NCBI RefSeq assembly: GCF_963921235.1
Contig: NC_086108.1
Location: 18,414,001 to 18,478,000 of the forward strand
Length of the DNA: 64,000 bases
Source of the DNA: Mobula hypostoma
Lineage: Eukaryota
Reading direction: 5' to 3'
Shown here piece after piece: positions 45,523 through 58,960 of this stretch; the first letter of the stretch is position 1; every line of letters starts with the position of its first letter. Below the pieces are notes generated by a model. It saw only the letters and a program-made list of their open reading frames with translations, made no database searches and had not been told where the DNA came from. The position numbers and the translations under genes are program-made.

Positions 45523-46998
45523 AGAAAACCATAGAAACCATATAAAAACTACAGCACAGAAACAGGCCTTTTGGCCCTTCTTGGCTGTGCCAAACCATTT
45601 TCTGCCTAATCCCACTGACCCGCGCACGGACCATATCCCTCCATACACCTCCCATCCATGTATCTGTCCAATTTATTCTTAAATGTTAAAAAAGAACCCA
45701 CATTTACCACCTCGTCTGGCAGCTCACTCCACACTCCCACCACTCTATGTGTGAAGAAGATCCCGTAATGCTCCCTCTAAACATTTCCCCCTTCACCCTT
45801 AACCCATGTCCTCTGGTTTTTTCTCCCCTTGCCTCAGTGGAAAAAGCCTGCTTGCATTCACTCTATCTATACCCATCATAATTTTATATACCTCTATCAA
45901 ATCTCCCCTCATTCTTCTACGCTCCAGGGAATAAAGTCCTAACCTATTCAACCTTTCTCTGTACCTGAGTTTCTCAAGTCCCGGCAACATCCTTGTAAAC
46001 CTTCTCTATACTCTTTCAACTTTATTAATATCTTTCCTGTAATTTGATAACCAAAACTGTACACAATACTCCAAATTCAGCCTCACCAATGCCTTATACA
46101 ACCTCACTATAACATTGCAACTCTTATACTCAATACTTTGATTTCTAAAGGCCAATGCACCAAAAGCTCTCTTTACGACCCTATCTACCTATGACTCCAC
46201 TTTTAGGGAATTTTGTATCTGTATTCCCAGATCCCTCTGTTCTACTACACTCCTCAGTGCCCTACCATTTACCTTGTATGTCCTACCTTGGTTTGTCCTT
46301 CCAAAGTGCAATACCTCACACTTGTCTGTATTAAACTCCATCTGCCATCTTTCAGCCCATTTTTCCAGCTGGTTCAAATCCCTCTGCAAGCTTTGAAAGC
46401 CTTCCTCACTGTCCACTACACCTCCAATCTTTATATCATCAGCAAATTTGCTGATCCAATTTACCACATTATCATCCAGATCATTGATATAGATGACAAA
46501 TAACAATGGACCCAGCACACCACTAGTTACAGGCCTCCACTCAGAGAAGCAATTCCCTACCACCACTCTCTGGCTTCTTCCATCGAGCCAATGTCTAATC
46601 CAATTTACCACCTCTCCATGTATACCTAGCGACTGAATTTTCCTAACTAACCTCCCATGCGGGACCTTGTCAAAGGCCTTACTGAAGTCCATGTAGACAA
46701 CATCCACTGCCTTCCCTTCATCCACTTTCCTGGTAACCTCCTCGAAAAACTCCAATAGATTGGTCAAACATGACTTACCAAACACAAAGCCATGTTGACT
46801 CTCCCTATTAAGTCCCTGTCTATCCAAATGCTTGTAGATTCTGTCTCTCAGTATTCCCTCCAATAACTTACCCACTACCGACGTCAAACTTACCGGCCTA
46901 TAATTTCCTGGATTACTTTTCGATCCTTTTTTAAACAACCGAACAACATGAGCCATTCTCCAATCCTCCGGCACCTCACCCGTAGACACCAACATTTT
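45523..46998 (-). mobile_element. CR1 LINE, 5'-truncated, young subfamily
   Basis: RT ORF 46189-46995, highly similar to 60321-61790; (TTCTATGGT)-type tail; ACTT duplicated at both ends. Confidence 0.95.
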
Positions 46999-47739
46999 AC
47001 TTCCTCACTCTTTTGCAATTAAAGGAGAGAACGAGGGGTGAGGATATTTACAATGATTTTTTAAAATATGTCCGTGAAAATGACAACCCCATTCATAAAC
47101 TGGTGGCAATTACTATTGATGGGGCCCCAGCAATGCACAGTGTGCGTGTTGGTTTTATAGCACTAAAAGTCAGTGCCTACTTTGGGTCAACTTATCTATA
47201 TGAAATTGCATTTTCACAGATGAAAATTTATTAAATCTAAGTACAGGAGCTGTCTTACTGACACCTCACGGACTGTCTCAGACTGTCTGTCTGTAGTTAT
47301 GAGCCAAATTTCAGGGAACTAGCAATAAGTATTCAGCCCCAGTCATCACACTGAGTGCAACAGTCAATTTTTATTCATTTATTTTTCATGTTGAAATAAA
47401 TTAAATAATGAAACTTAGAATTAAAGGTGTGAAGTATTGTAATATTCTTAAAGAAAGATATGCCAGTTACAGTGTTTTCTTTTTTGAATTAATTTGAAAG
47501 TTTGACAAAAGTATTTTGTGTAATTCAAATACAATTAGCCCAAATAAAAGGCCTCAAGTTGGCAGTACAATCTGAGCTGTTTTTCTCTAAACGATTTGGT
47601 AGGTAGATCTTGCCTTTCACTAAGGTCGAGGTAGGGGATCTTGGGCTTAAAAAGGTTGGTGACCACTACCCTAGATGAAAGTGAGCTGAGCGAGCTTGAG
47701 GCTCTCCAGGGGGCTACAATGTAGGGGCTTGTCCGGGAT

Positions 47740-49592
47740 ATGGATTTTGGTAGCGTGCTGTGTGATCGGCCTGTTTAAATCAGTGGCACTGTGTCTCTGT
47801 GAGATTGCAGTTAGTGATGTCTACCTCCGTGGGATGGATGTAAGTAACGTGGGTGGGGTGAATAGTTGTACCCCAGAGGAGTTGATAATTCAATTTTTGA
47901 GTATGTTTAAAGCTGATGGCGAGTTTGAAATTGCAGAGCAAAAAGTTGATGAAATGGTGGGCTCAGACCGTGCTTCAGTGTGGGCTAGCGCTGATGTCAC
48001 GGAGGTGGGATTGCCAGTGTCTATTGGTGCCCCGGGTGAGGTGGGGCCAGGGGCTGTCCATACTGTCAGGAGGGAGGGAGTGGAGACGTACAAGATGCGG
48101 GTGGAACGTACCTCTCAGTTGTTAGATGAGTGGCAGTGCTCGGTTGAAGGAAAGCTACAGAGATTGGTTGGAGGTTTGGATAGGCGGGCTTTTGACGTTG
48201 TCAGAACTGTCAGGGCCAATTACCCTGTAGTGACAGCTGCTAGCTATCTGAAAGCCGGGGAAAATGGATTTGGTTCGACTGAAAGTAAAATGCAGCACCT
48301 AGGGGGCTTTCTGTACCAGTGTCAGGAGATTGGGGAAAGCTTTCAATGTATCTTCTCTGGCTAGGAGGGCAGCTAAATTGCTTGCAGTGCTAGTGGGATC
48401 ATTTAAGGGGATCAGCCCCTCCCTCAGTTGTTCAGCTGATCAGAGAAGTGTCGGGAAACTTAGTGGAGGACCAGTGGGAAAACGGCTTGGGGTCTCTGGG
48501 AGTGCAAGTTCCCAGCAATGTACCAAGGAACTCCTGAAAGGAAAAGACCCTATTCCTGAAGGCTTAGAGGGACCATGCCCTCGGGTGTTGTTACGGATAG
48601 ATGGAAGCTATGCTAAAGACATCCTCGACACTGGGGTACAAGTGAAGTTGCTGTACAGTTTGTTTTACAACTGGTATTTGAAACATTTACCCTTGACAAC
48701 ATTAAGGGCACTGTAGATTTGGGGTACCAATTCCAGTGATTATCCAGACGATGGTTATTGGTCAGTGAAACTGGAGTTCTTGGAGGCCAATGTGTGGGTG
48801 TCAGAGGGTCGTGAATCATTAATTCTGATGTGTCCGGACCCTGGTGCGATGGGCAGTGTTTCGATTCTGGAGGGGACCAACACTCCGCTGATGAGGAGGC
48901 GCATGGGGGCCTGCCAGGAGGAGGCGGATGAGAGCTGTTTGGGGGCATTGTCTGTGCACCCTGTGTTTCGAGCTGCTTGTGCGGACGTGTTGGGCCAGTA
49001 CCAAATTTAAACGGGAGCCAATTGTGGTACGACCTGGGGTAAGTATCTGAGAGTGAGACCCTCTTAGTGGACGCTCTGGAATACCACGAGGGAGGGGAGT
49101 TGATCGCTGAAGACACCTCGGTGAGAGAGAGGTCGCGGCAAATGGCCCCTGCAGCCGTGGAAGATGTAGGCAGCATGTGTGTGGATTATAGGACTCTGAA
49201 CAGGCGCACTGTCATTGACCAGTATACGGCCTTGAGGGCCGAAGACGCGATGGTCTGTCTGAGTGGTGCAACGTGGTTTAATGTGCTGGATCTGAGGAGT
49301 GGATGTTGCCAGATCCCAATGAGTGAGGCCAACAAGGAGAAGACGGCCGTTATAGGTCCCCTACGATTCTTCTGGCCCGAAAAGATGCCACAGGGCATAT
49401 CCGGAGCCCTTGCAACCTTCCCGCGAGGCATGGGGAAGACCATGGGGTATGTGGAGGTTTTTGGAGTTTTTGCATATGTGGATGATCGCTTAGGGTTTGG
49501 ATTCGCCTTGGAGAACTATGATGCAAGGCATGTGCCGGAACCCGGGCGACAAAGAATTAATGAAGTAAAACTTTCTTTGGACGAGTGCCAGG
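47740..49592 (+). pseudogene. Gypsy C gag (PNMA-like), protease and RT, decayed
   Basis: QLLDEWQCSVEGKLQRLV..YLKA..GFGSTES (gag); ILDTGVQV (protease); [43 protein letters not shown] (RT). Confidence 0.85.
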
Positions 49593-49594
49593 TC

Positions 49595-49908
49595 TGGAGA
49601 AGGATACAGATCCCGAGTGTTTGGCTGAGAGAGGAGATTTGCACCGCTGAACTGAACGCTCAGAAATGCAGGCTGGAGACCGAATGCTGCAATTTTGGGA
49701 CAACCATTGAAGAATTGGAGTCCACGATCGTCAAAGTGGAGATGGGGAAACGGAATTCTGAGCGAAAACGACGGTCATTCACTGATGAATTAATCCAGAG
49801 AGACGAAACAATGACCAATCTTCGAAAGGATCAGCAGAAACTCAAGAAACCAATCCAGAACAGATTAGAAGAAGCTGGTGGTGAAATTGCGTCCCAGATG
49901 GAGATGGA
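49595..49908 (+). pseudogene. Captured sarcomeric myosin heavy-chain rod fragment, part 1
   Basis: [71 protein letters not shown] aligns by eye with MYH S2 ([53 protein letters not shown]..); then [15 protein letters not shown]. Confidence 0.8.
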
Positions 49909-52900
49909 CCTGGTGCCAAGGTCCGCGATATCTTGGATTGAGTTCTCAGTATTCTCAAGAGGGAGGGTGAGCAGCCAGATGTCGTGGTCCATGTAGGGAC
50001 CAATGACATGGGTAGGAAGAGTGAGGAGGTCCTGAAAGGCGAGCTTAGCGAGTTAGGTGCCAAGTTAAAGGACAGGACCTCCAGGGTAGCAATCTCAGGA
50101 TTGCTACCAGTGCCACGTGCAGGGGGGGTTTAAAATAGTAAGATAGCGCAGATCAACACATAGCTGAGGGCATGGTACAAAAGGGAGGGCTTCATATTTA
50201 TAGATAATTGGGCAGTTTTCCAGGGAAGGTGGGACCTGTTCCAGTGGGACGGTTTACATCTGAACTGGAGGGGGACAAATATTCTTGCAGGTAGGTTTCC
50301 TAGACAGGCTCCAGTGGATTTAAACTAGATACAAGGGGGGAGGGGAACCAGAGTGTGGGAACAGATGTAGGGGAGAAGGATGAAGTTGTTTGCGCCATTA
50401 GTGATAAGCAGAGAGTAAGAGGTGGAAAATTTCCTAAATATATTTATTTTAATGCTAGGAGCATTGTAAGAAAGGTGGATGAGCTTAGAGCATGGATTGA
50501 TACCCGGATGTATGATGTTGTAGCTAATAGTGAAACATGGTTGCAGAAGGGGAGTGATTGGCAACTAAATATTCCTGGATTTCATTGCTTCAGGTGTGAT
50601 AGAATCAGAGGGACAAGAGGGGGAGGTGTTGCATTGCTTGTCAGAGAAAATATTACAGCGGTGTTCTGGCAGGGTAGATTAAAGGGCTCGTCTAGGGAGG
50701 CTATTTGGGTGGAATTGAGGAATGGGAAAGGTGCAGTAACACCTATAGGGGTGTATTGTAGACCATCAAATTGGGAGCGAGAATTGGAGGAGCAAATTTG
50801 TAAGGAGATAACAGATATTTGTTGTAAGCACAAGGTTGTGATTGAGGGAGATTTTAATTTTTCACACAAAGACTGGGAAGCCCATATTGTAAAAGGGCTG
50901 GATGGTTTGGAGGATACTTTTTTTGCAGCAATACATAGAGGTACCAACTAGAGAAGGGGCAGGGTTTGATCTCCTGTTAGGGAATGAGATAGGTCAGGTG
51001 ACAGAGGTTTGTGTTGGGGAGCACTTCGGGTGCAGTGATCACAATTCCATTAGTTTCAGTATAATGATGGAGAAGGATAGGTCTGGACCCAGGGTTGAGA
51101 TTTTTGATTGGAGAAAGGCCAACTTTAAGGAGATGCAAAAGGATTTAGAAGGAGTGGGTTGGGACAATTTGTTTTATGGGGAGGCTGTAATAAAGAAATG
51201 GAGGTCATTTAAAGGTGAAATTTTGAGGGTACAGAATCTTTATGTTCCTGTTAGGTTGAAAGAAAAAGTTAAAAGTTTGAGAGAGCCATGGTTTTCAACA
51301 GATATTGAAAAATTTGGTTCGGAAAAGGAGAGATATCTACAATAAATATAGGCAGCATGAAGTAAACGAGGTGCTTGAGAAATATAAAGAATATAAAAAG
51401 AATCTTAAGAAAGAAATTATAAAAGCTAAAAGAAGATATGAGGTTACTTTGGCAAGTAAAGTGAAATAAATCCAAAGGGTTTCTACAGTTATATTAATAG
51501 CAAAAGGATAGTGAGGGATAAAATTGGTCCCTTAGAGAATCAGAGAGGGCAGCTACGTGTGGAGCCAAAAGAGATGGGGGAGATTTTAAGCAATTTCTTT
51601 TCTTTGGTTTTCACTAAGGAGAAGGATATTGAATTGTGTAAGATAAGGGAAACAGATAGGGAAGTTATGGAAACTATGATGATTAAAGAAAAGGAAGTAC
51701 TGGCACTTCTAAGGAATATAAAAGTGGATAAGTCTCCAAGTCCTGACAGGATATTCCCTAGGACCTTGAGGGAAGTTAGTGTGGAAATAGCAGGGGCTCT
51801 GACAGAAACATTTCAAATGTCATTAGAAATAGGGATGTTGCCAGAGGATTGGCGTATTGCTCATGTTGTTCCATTGTTTAAAAAGGGTTCTAAGAGTAAA
51901 CCTAGCAATTATCAGCCTGTGAGTTAGACGTCAGTGGTGGGTAAATTGATGGAAAGTATTCTTAGAGATGGTATATATAATTTTCTGGATAGACGGGGTC
52001 TGATTAGGAACAGTCAACATGGATTTGTGCATGGAAAGTCATATTTGACAAATCTTATTGAATTTTTTGAAGAGGTTACTAAGAAAGTTGACAAGGGTAA
52101 AGCGGTGGATGTTGTCTATATGGACTTCAGTAACGCCTTTCACAAGGTTCCACATGGAAGGTTACTTAGGAAGGTTCAATCGTTAGGTATTAATATCGAA
52201 GTAGTAAAATGGATTCAGCAGTGGCTGGATGGGAGATGCCAGAGAGTAGTGGTGGATAACTGTTTGTCAGTTTGGAGGCCGGTGACTAGTGGTGTGCCTC
52301 AGGGATCTGTACTGGGTCCAATGTTGTTTGTCATATACATTAATGATCTGGATGGTGGGGTGGTAAATTGGATTAGTAAGTATGCAGATGATACTAAGAT
52401 AGGTGGAATTGTGGATAATGAAGTAGGTTTTCAAAGCTTGCAGAGAGATGTAGGCCAGTTAGAAGAGTGGGCTGAAAGATGGCAGATGGAGTTTAATGCT
52501 GTTAAATGTGAGGTGCTACATTTTGGTAGGACTAATCAAAATAGGACATATATGGTAAATGGTCGGGCATTGAAGAATGCAGTAGAACAGAGGGATCTAG
52601 GAATAATGGTGCATAGTTCCCTGAAGGTGGAATCTCAAGGTGGATAGGGTGGTGAAGAAAGCTTTTGGTATGCTGGCCTTTATTAATCAGAGCATTGAGT
52701 ATAGGACTTGGGATGTAATGTTAAAATTGTACAAGGCATTGGTAAGGCCAAAATTGGAGTATTGTGTACAGTTCTGGTCACCGAATTATAGGAAAGATGT
52801 CAATAAAATTGAGAGAGTACAGAGGAGATTTACTAGAATGTTACCTGGGTTTCATCACCTAAGTTACAGAGAAAGGTTGAACAAGTTGGGTCTTTATTCT

Positions 52901-53304
52901 TTGGAGCGTAGAAAGTTGAGGGGGGACTTGATAGAGGTATTTAAAATTATGAAGGTGATAGATAGAGTTTACATGGATAGGCTTTTTCCATTGAGAGTAG
53001 GGGAGATTCAAATAAGAGGACATGAGTTGAGAGTTAAAGGGCAAAAGTTTAGGGGTAACATGAGGGGGAACTTCTTTACTCAGAGAGTGGTAGCTGTGTG
53101 GAATGAGTTTTCAGCAGAAGTGGTTGAGGCAGGTTCGATATTGTCAGTTAAAGTAAAATTGGATAGCTATATGGACAGGGAAGGAATGGAGGTTTATGGG
53201 CTGAGTGCAGGTCGGTGGGACTAGGTGACAGTAAGCATTCGGCGCGGACTAGAAGGGCTGAGATGGCCTGTTTCTGTGCTGTAATTGTTATATGGTTATA
53301 TTAT
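49909..53304 (+). mobile_element. CR1 LINE (ORF1 esterase end + complete ORF2 + tail), disrupted
   Basis: [53 protein letters not shown] on both sides (49904-49908 / 53305-53309). Confidence 0.95.
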
Positions 53305-53309
53305 ATGGA

Positions 53310-53470
53310 ACACGAAGCATGAGTCCGAACTGCTGCGACTGCAGCTGGAGGCAGAGGAGTCAAAGAAGAAGCTGACGTCTCGATTGCAGGAGGTTGAAGA
53401 GGCCGCAGAGGCAGCCCAGGCCAAATGCTTCAGTTGGGAGAAAATCAAACAGCAGCTACTGATAGAGGAA
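53310..53470 (+). pseudogene. Captured sarcomeric myosin heavy-chain rod fragment, part 2
   Basis: [11 protein letters not shown] (cf. NKKREAEFQKM) then [35 protein letters not shown] (cf. [35 protein letters not shown]). Confidence 0.82.
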
Positions 53471-55549
53471 ATGGGGAAGAATACAGGTTCGAAGGATGAT
53501 GTGCTGGATGTGTGGTACATGCTGCCTTTCGCTAACTTCCCCTTGATTGAAGAAGAGACTTTTGGCCCTTCTCCCAATGAGTCAGGTGCAGTGGGGAGAA
53601 CTAGCTGTGGGCAGCCTCGGTTACTGCAGGACCCTGACGGAGAGACAGGGGTGCCTGGACACAGGACAGGAGGCTCTGAGTTACAGTGGGGGCACCAGTA
53701 AGAGATTGAGCGAGGATTTGGCAAGCAGACCCAAGGTATCCCTAGTAGTGTCCGAGCCCGAAGGGTTTAGGTGAGGGGGTATGGAAGTCTCAGAGGATTA
53801 GGAAACTCCCAGGTAGGTTGGCCTATGTAGCACATGTGGAACAGTAAAGTCTACTGTTTGGGAAGCAATGTCACTGTTTGTACCTGGATTGGGTTTTTGT
53901 GTCTGCAGGAAGGGTTGGCGAGTTATTTAGAAGTCATGAGGACATGACTAAATTTGATGGGGGAAAGAGTGTAAGGGGTTTCTTCTTTTATGTTGTTGCT
54001 AAGGCTAATAAAATGGCTTCTTTGTTATGTTAACAATAAAATGGCTTGTCTGTGATGTTAACTGCTGAGACAGTGGCTCTCCCTCTAGCAGCTTGTTTGG
54101 GTTATAATTACTGATAACAAGAATTGTATTCATTTGTTAACCGATTGGGATAGATGTTATTCCTTCTTATGTGTCTGTAAGCTATTGTTTTTGTGGGCTT
54201 TGGTGCAGAAGGCGCGATGGGGACAGAGAGAGGAAACGTGATGCTGTAAGCTGGGCAACGGAACGGACCCCGTGCGGGTATCCGAGCCCAGGGTCTTCGG
54301 CGAGGAGAGGAGATGAGGACAGACTCCTGTGGAGCGTTTGGTCGATTACTGAGGGTGGTCCCATTCGAGGGTTGGCGGAGTTCGGAGGACATTGACTGGA
54401 GGAAGGGGGACCCGGTTCTGTAAGAGCTCCAACGATGTACGCACAAACTGGTTAATAATAATGGTGCCTTTTTCTTTTAACAGTTAAACAGTTCTTATTT
54501 TGTTCCTTTACTATCTACATAGTCAAAGTATGAGTTATAAGGTGTAATCATTGAATTGTATATGGTGTACTGTCTGTTATTTGGTGCGGTGGGGTACATC
54601 ACACAGCATCTACACAAACTTGATTACCCAGTTTGGCGGAGCCGAAGGCTGCTCCCCCTAGACAAAAGCGAGCTGAGCGAGCCTGAGGCTTACCAGGGGG
54701 CTACATAGTACTCCAGTGAGCGGTGAAAATTCTGAGTTGGTATCGACCCTTATGTCCCTGGCAGATAAAGGGCAAAGTGCACTGGCGGAGAGTCAAAGTT
54801 ATCGTAGGCTGAAGCTGTTCTCAAGAGTGAAGCTCACCCCCCAAGGGGGAGGAGGAATATGAAATATGGGCGGAGAAGACCTCTCTGATGCTGGATGAGC
54901 AGCAGTGCTGTGATAATGTGAAAAGTCAGTGACTGGTAGAGAGTCTAAAAGGTCTGGCTGCTGAAGTAGTGAGGTTCTTAGAGGCATAGAACCCTTAGCT
55001 ACTTCTGCAGGCCACAAGCAAGCAATAGAAAAAATTTTGGTATGACTGAAGCTTATAATGGGATTTTAGAGCATGCTTTAGGAGAAAAGGGAGCAACTTA
55101 CTGCCTACATATTCGGCAAGAGAGACAATTACGTCGGCTGTGGAGGAAAATGTGATGGAAGAGCGGGAGGTCTCCATCAGCAGGGTACAGTCCTAGGTGG
55201 TAGCTTCTGTTGCTGAAGTGACTCCTGATATCCCACAACCAGGGGTGTTACAGGAGTTCATGACAGATTTGAGAGTTGAGTTATCTCGGTTGATAACTGT
55301 GGGTGCTGTCACCAAGCATGACAAAGCCGATCAGGAGCCAGACTCACTAATGGACCGTACCAAGCAGAGGTTGCTATTGAATGGGGTCTCTTGAAAAGGG
55401 GAGCATGCAGTATTGTCTGTTACAACTGTGGTGAGGAGGGACACTAGACAGGAGTGTGAAAGACGGGAAAACTTTGGAAAGTGAGCCCCTGGTTGCGTAA
55501 ACAGAATGGGAAGTCGGGAAGCTTTGGAGAGACCCAGTGAGGGAACAGC

Positions 55550-58500
55550 GTGATGTTCTGGACGGGAACATGTTCCAATCAAGGTATCAAGGAAAAAACT
55601 AAAGTGAAAAACCCTATTCCTGAAGGCTCACTGGGGCCAAGCTCCAGTGTATTGCTGCAGGTCGAAGGTATTTATGCAAGAGCCATACTTGACACAGGTT
55701 CTTGGGTTACTCTGCTGTACAGATCCTTCTACAACTGGTATTTGACCCAACTCAGTGCCCTAGAGCTTTGGGGTCTTAGTACTGATGATTACACTTATGA
55801 TGGCTACTTATTTTTGAAGCTGAAGTTTTCAGATGCAGATGTGGGAGTAGCTGAGGTCCTTGATTAGTGTTGGTTTGTCCAGACTCAGTCGAGAAGTGTG
55901 AAGCTTCAATTCTTGTAGGAACAAATTGTGAGGAGGCTACTGGGAGCCTGCAAAGAGAGAGTTGGGAGAGCTTTCTGAAAACCTTGTCCATTCACCCGGT
56001 GTTCAGAGTTGTTTTTGAGGAACTGCAGGCCTATCCTAGGCTGGATGATGACCACAAATGAGGAACTATGTGGTACACCCAGTCCAAACCTGTCCTGTTA
56101 CGGCCTGGGGAAGTAGATAGAGTGATGGGAAGCCCCAAATTTCTCAGAATGCCTGATGCTGAGGTCTTCTGGTGGATGCTCTGGAAAACCACAAAGAGGT
56201 GTCACACTTACCTGCTGGGGTACTGGTGAGGCCCGAACTGCAGAAGCCATTGGTTGTACAGGTAAACAGGATAACAGTGATTGTCAGGAACACCTCATAG
56301 AGGGAGGTCACCCTCAGGAGGAGAATGCTAATGGAACGTCTTCCTCCAGTGACTGGAATGTCTAGTTTTCCCGTGAGACAAGCAGAAGAGAAACCATCTC
56401 CTTCAAAGGGAAAGTTGACAGCCGTCCTTCAACTTTGATGACTCCCCAGTACCTGAAGGTTGGAAGGGGAGATTGACAGAGAAGTTGTTGAAATTCTAAG
56501 GTGTCTTTCCTACTGACGAGTTTGATGTGGGTTGTTCCAAGAGCACTCGCCACACAGAGGACATCCCGTTCAGAGAAAGATATCGGCAAATGGCACCCGC
56601 CGAAGTGGAGGACAGTCGACAGTGTCCGCAGAAGCTGAAGGAAGCTGGGATCATCACTGAATCCAGAAATCTCTATGCATCCCCCATAGTGGTGATGAGG
56701 AAGAAGAATAGGAAGGTGCAACTGTGTGTGTACTATCAGACTCTGAACCGACGCACAGTCCCCGGGGCATATCAGCAGTCCCAGCTACTTTACAGCATGT
56801 CATGGAGAAAATGTTGGAGGATATGAACTTGCTTGAGGTGCTGGTGTACCTGGATGATCCCATAGTGTTCAGGAACTCCCTGAAAGAGCACGAGGGGAGG
56901 CTACTGAAGGTGTTGGGCTACCTGAGAGCTGAAGGGTTAAAACTGTCACTGGACAAGTGCCAGTTCTGCAAGACATCTGTCAACTATGTTGGGCACATAG
57001 TCTCACAGATGGAATAGCTACGGTTCTGTCAAAGATAGAGGCGGTGACACATGGCGAAGGCCCAAGAATGTAAGTGCCCTACAGTCTTTTTTTGGATTCT
57101 GTGGGTACTATCAGAGGCTCATGAAGGACTACTCTAAAGTGAGTCACCCTTTGAATCAGCTTCTGTGCAGCTACCCTTCTTTGGGAAGAACGGGAAGAGG
57201 ACAAAAGGAAAAGATGGTAAAGATTATTTTAGCTCTTCAGAGCCTTTTGGAGCAAGATGGGATACAAAGTGTGAAGAGGTCTGTCAGTTGCTGAAGGAGC
57301 TGCTGACGAAAGCACCTGTGTTGCCTTTTGCATACAGACGCCAACCAAGAGGGCTAAGTTCTATATCAAGGTCAGGGCACAGGATTGAGACCTGTCACTT
57401 CTGTCACCTAGAGTAGCCTGTGATTTCAGCTTGAAGTACCAGCCATGGTGCCAGAACACTGATGCAGATGTGTTATCCCAACGTGTGTAGGAAGGGCTGG
57501 AAATGGGTGGAGAGTGGGAGAGCGTTCTGTATCTGGAGTTAAAGCAACGTGCCAGTTTTCCGTCATGGGGAAGTCAGAGACAAGGCAAAGGGAGGATAGA
57601 GCGGTGGATCATTTGGGAGCTTCTGATTATGCCATTCCACAAGTTTATTGCAACTTGACTGCACTGAATACAAAGCAGTTGCCTCAGCTGAGTCTAGAGG
57701 AAGTGGCAGTCGCTCAGCGTGATGACCCTTTCATAGGTACCGCTTGGTCAGCTGTTGCAAAAGGTGATATGGCCAAGATGAAACACCCTGCTGTATCTTA
57801 CTGCTGAGAGAATGAAACAAACTGGAGTTGAGGAACCAGGTTCTATACCGGTTCGCATTTCCTTCAGACAGGGCTCTGCCTAAGGAATATCAGAGGATAG
57901 TGTTGAAGTCACTTCATGATTATTCAGGTCATTTGGGGGTTGACAAGACCTATGGATTGGTCAGAGATTGTTTCTATTGGCCCCGAATGAAGTCCGAGTT
58001 GAAAAGTACTGTAAGTCATGCTTTTGATGTATTCTTAGGAAGAAGCTGCCTACGAGGGCAACTCCTTTATCACAGTTGCAGAGTGCAGGGCCACTTGATC
58101 TGGTGTGTATGGATTTCATCTCCACAGAGCCTGATTCCAGCAACACGGTGAATGTCTTGGTTATTACAGATCACTACACCAGATATGCTCAAGCCTTCCC
58201 TACAAAGGATCAGAGGGTGTCCACTGTAGCCAAAGTGTTATGGGAAAAGTATTTCATTCATTATGGCCTCACCAGATGGATATATAGCAATCAAGCAAGG
58301 GATTTCGAGAGTAGCCTCATACATGAGCTATTGAGCATGCTTGGAGTCAAGAATTCTCGGACACTGCCTTATCACCCTCAGGGTGATCCCCAGCCCAGGA
58401 GGTTCAACCGGACACTGCTAGACATGTTCGGAATCCTGGAATTCAGCAAGAAAAGCAAATGGAGTCAGAATATTAGGTATTTGGTTCAAATGTACACAGA

Positions 58501-58960
58501 ATGAAGCTACTAGATACTCACCATATTATTTGATGTTTGGGCATGAAGCAAGGTTGCCTGTTGCCTCCTTTGGGATTGGTGGGGAAGAATTGCCTATCTT
58601 AAGTATGTGTCTGACCTGAGGAGAGAATTGCAAAAGACTAATGAACTAGTGGAGGTCTCTGCTACAGGCAGGATTGTGGAAACAAGAATGAGATATGTTC
58701 AAAAGATTAGGTTCTCCCAAATGATGCCTGGAGACAGAGTTCTCATAAGGAATTTGGGCTACCTGGGAAGCACAAGTTGGCTGACCACTGGGTGGCTATG
58801 CCTTATGTAGTGAAGAGTCAGATACCAAATGTGGCAGAAGGTGGGAATAGACCTGTCAAAATTCTCCATCGGAACCAACTTCTACCCTTGAGACAAGAGG
58901 TACGTGTTGACCCAGAGCCTAACATAGATCCTACACCTAGTAGCTGGACTTTGTGGTGAC
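55550..58960 (+). pseudogene. Gypsy B pol (protease, RT, RNaseH remnant, integrase), decayed
   Basis: AILDTGS; YASPIVVMRKKN; VYLDD; LHDYSGHLGVDKT..FYWPRM; CMDF, ITDHYTRY, YHPQGD..RFNRTL. Confidence 0.9.

Larger units (their letters stand above)
44761..47350 (+). pseudogene. hAT transposase (BED-like Zn finger, DDE, dimerisation end), split by two insertions and a deletion
   Basis: KFHPEWEEEFLF..CVCMLC..NLERHH..H; KKPFTDG; FSLQFDE..QLVVFVR; TRGEDIY; ITIDGAPAM; FGSTYLYEIAFSQMK..KSKYRS.LTD. Confidence 0.88.
44161..47668 (+). mobile_element. hAT transposon, Buster/SPIN (GTF2IRD2/EPM2AIP1-like) group, internally deleted
   Basis: TIRs TTGGGGTCACCAACC / GGTTGGTGACCACTA; 8-bp TSD CCTTAGAC/CCCTAGAT (empty site CCCTAGAC in the sister LTR). 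Confidence 0.9.
43466..54705 (+). mobile_element. Gypsy element C, two LTRs (43466-47718 interrupted by hAT; 53970-54705), non-autonomous, carrying myosin-derived sequence
   Basis: About 735-bp LTR pair TGTAAGGGG...GGGGCTACA, TSD TAAT/TAGT, PBS TAGGGGCTTGTCCGGGAT 47722-47739, PPT GGGGGAAAGAG before 53970. Confidence 0.92.

Noticed and set aside
44761..47350. Domesticated GTF2IRD2/EPM2AIP1/ZBED-like host gene
   Set aside because: Bounded by TIRs and TSD, interrupted and internally deleted; a dead transposon.
47696..48364. PNMA-family host gene
   Set aside because: It is the gag of Gypsy C, lying between PBS and protease, and is decayed.
49595..53470. Exons of a resident myosin gene
   Set aside because: No splice sites at the boundaries, non-adjacent rod segments are fused, and the whole lies inside an LTR pair.
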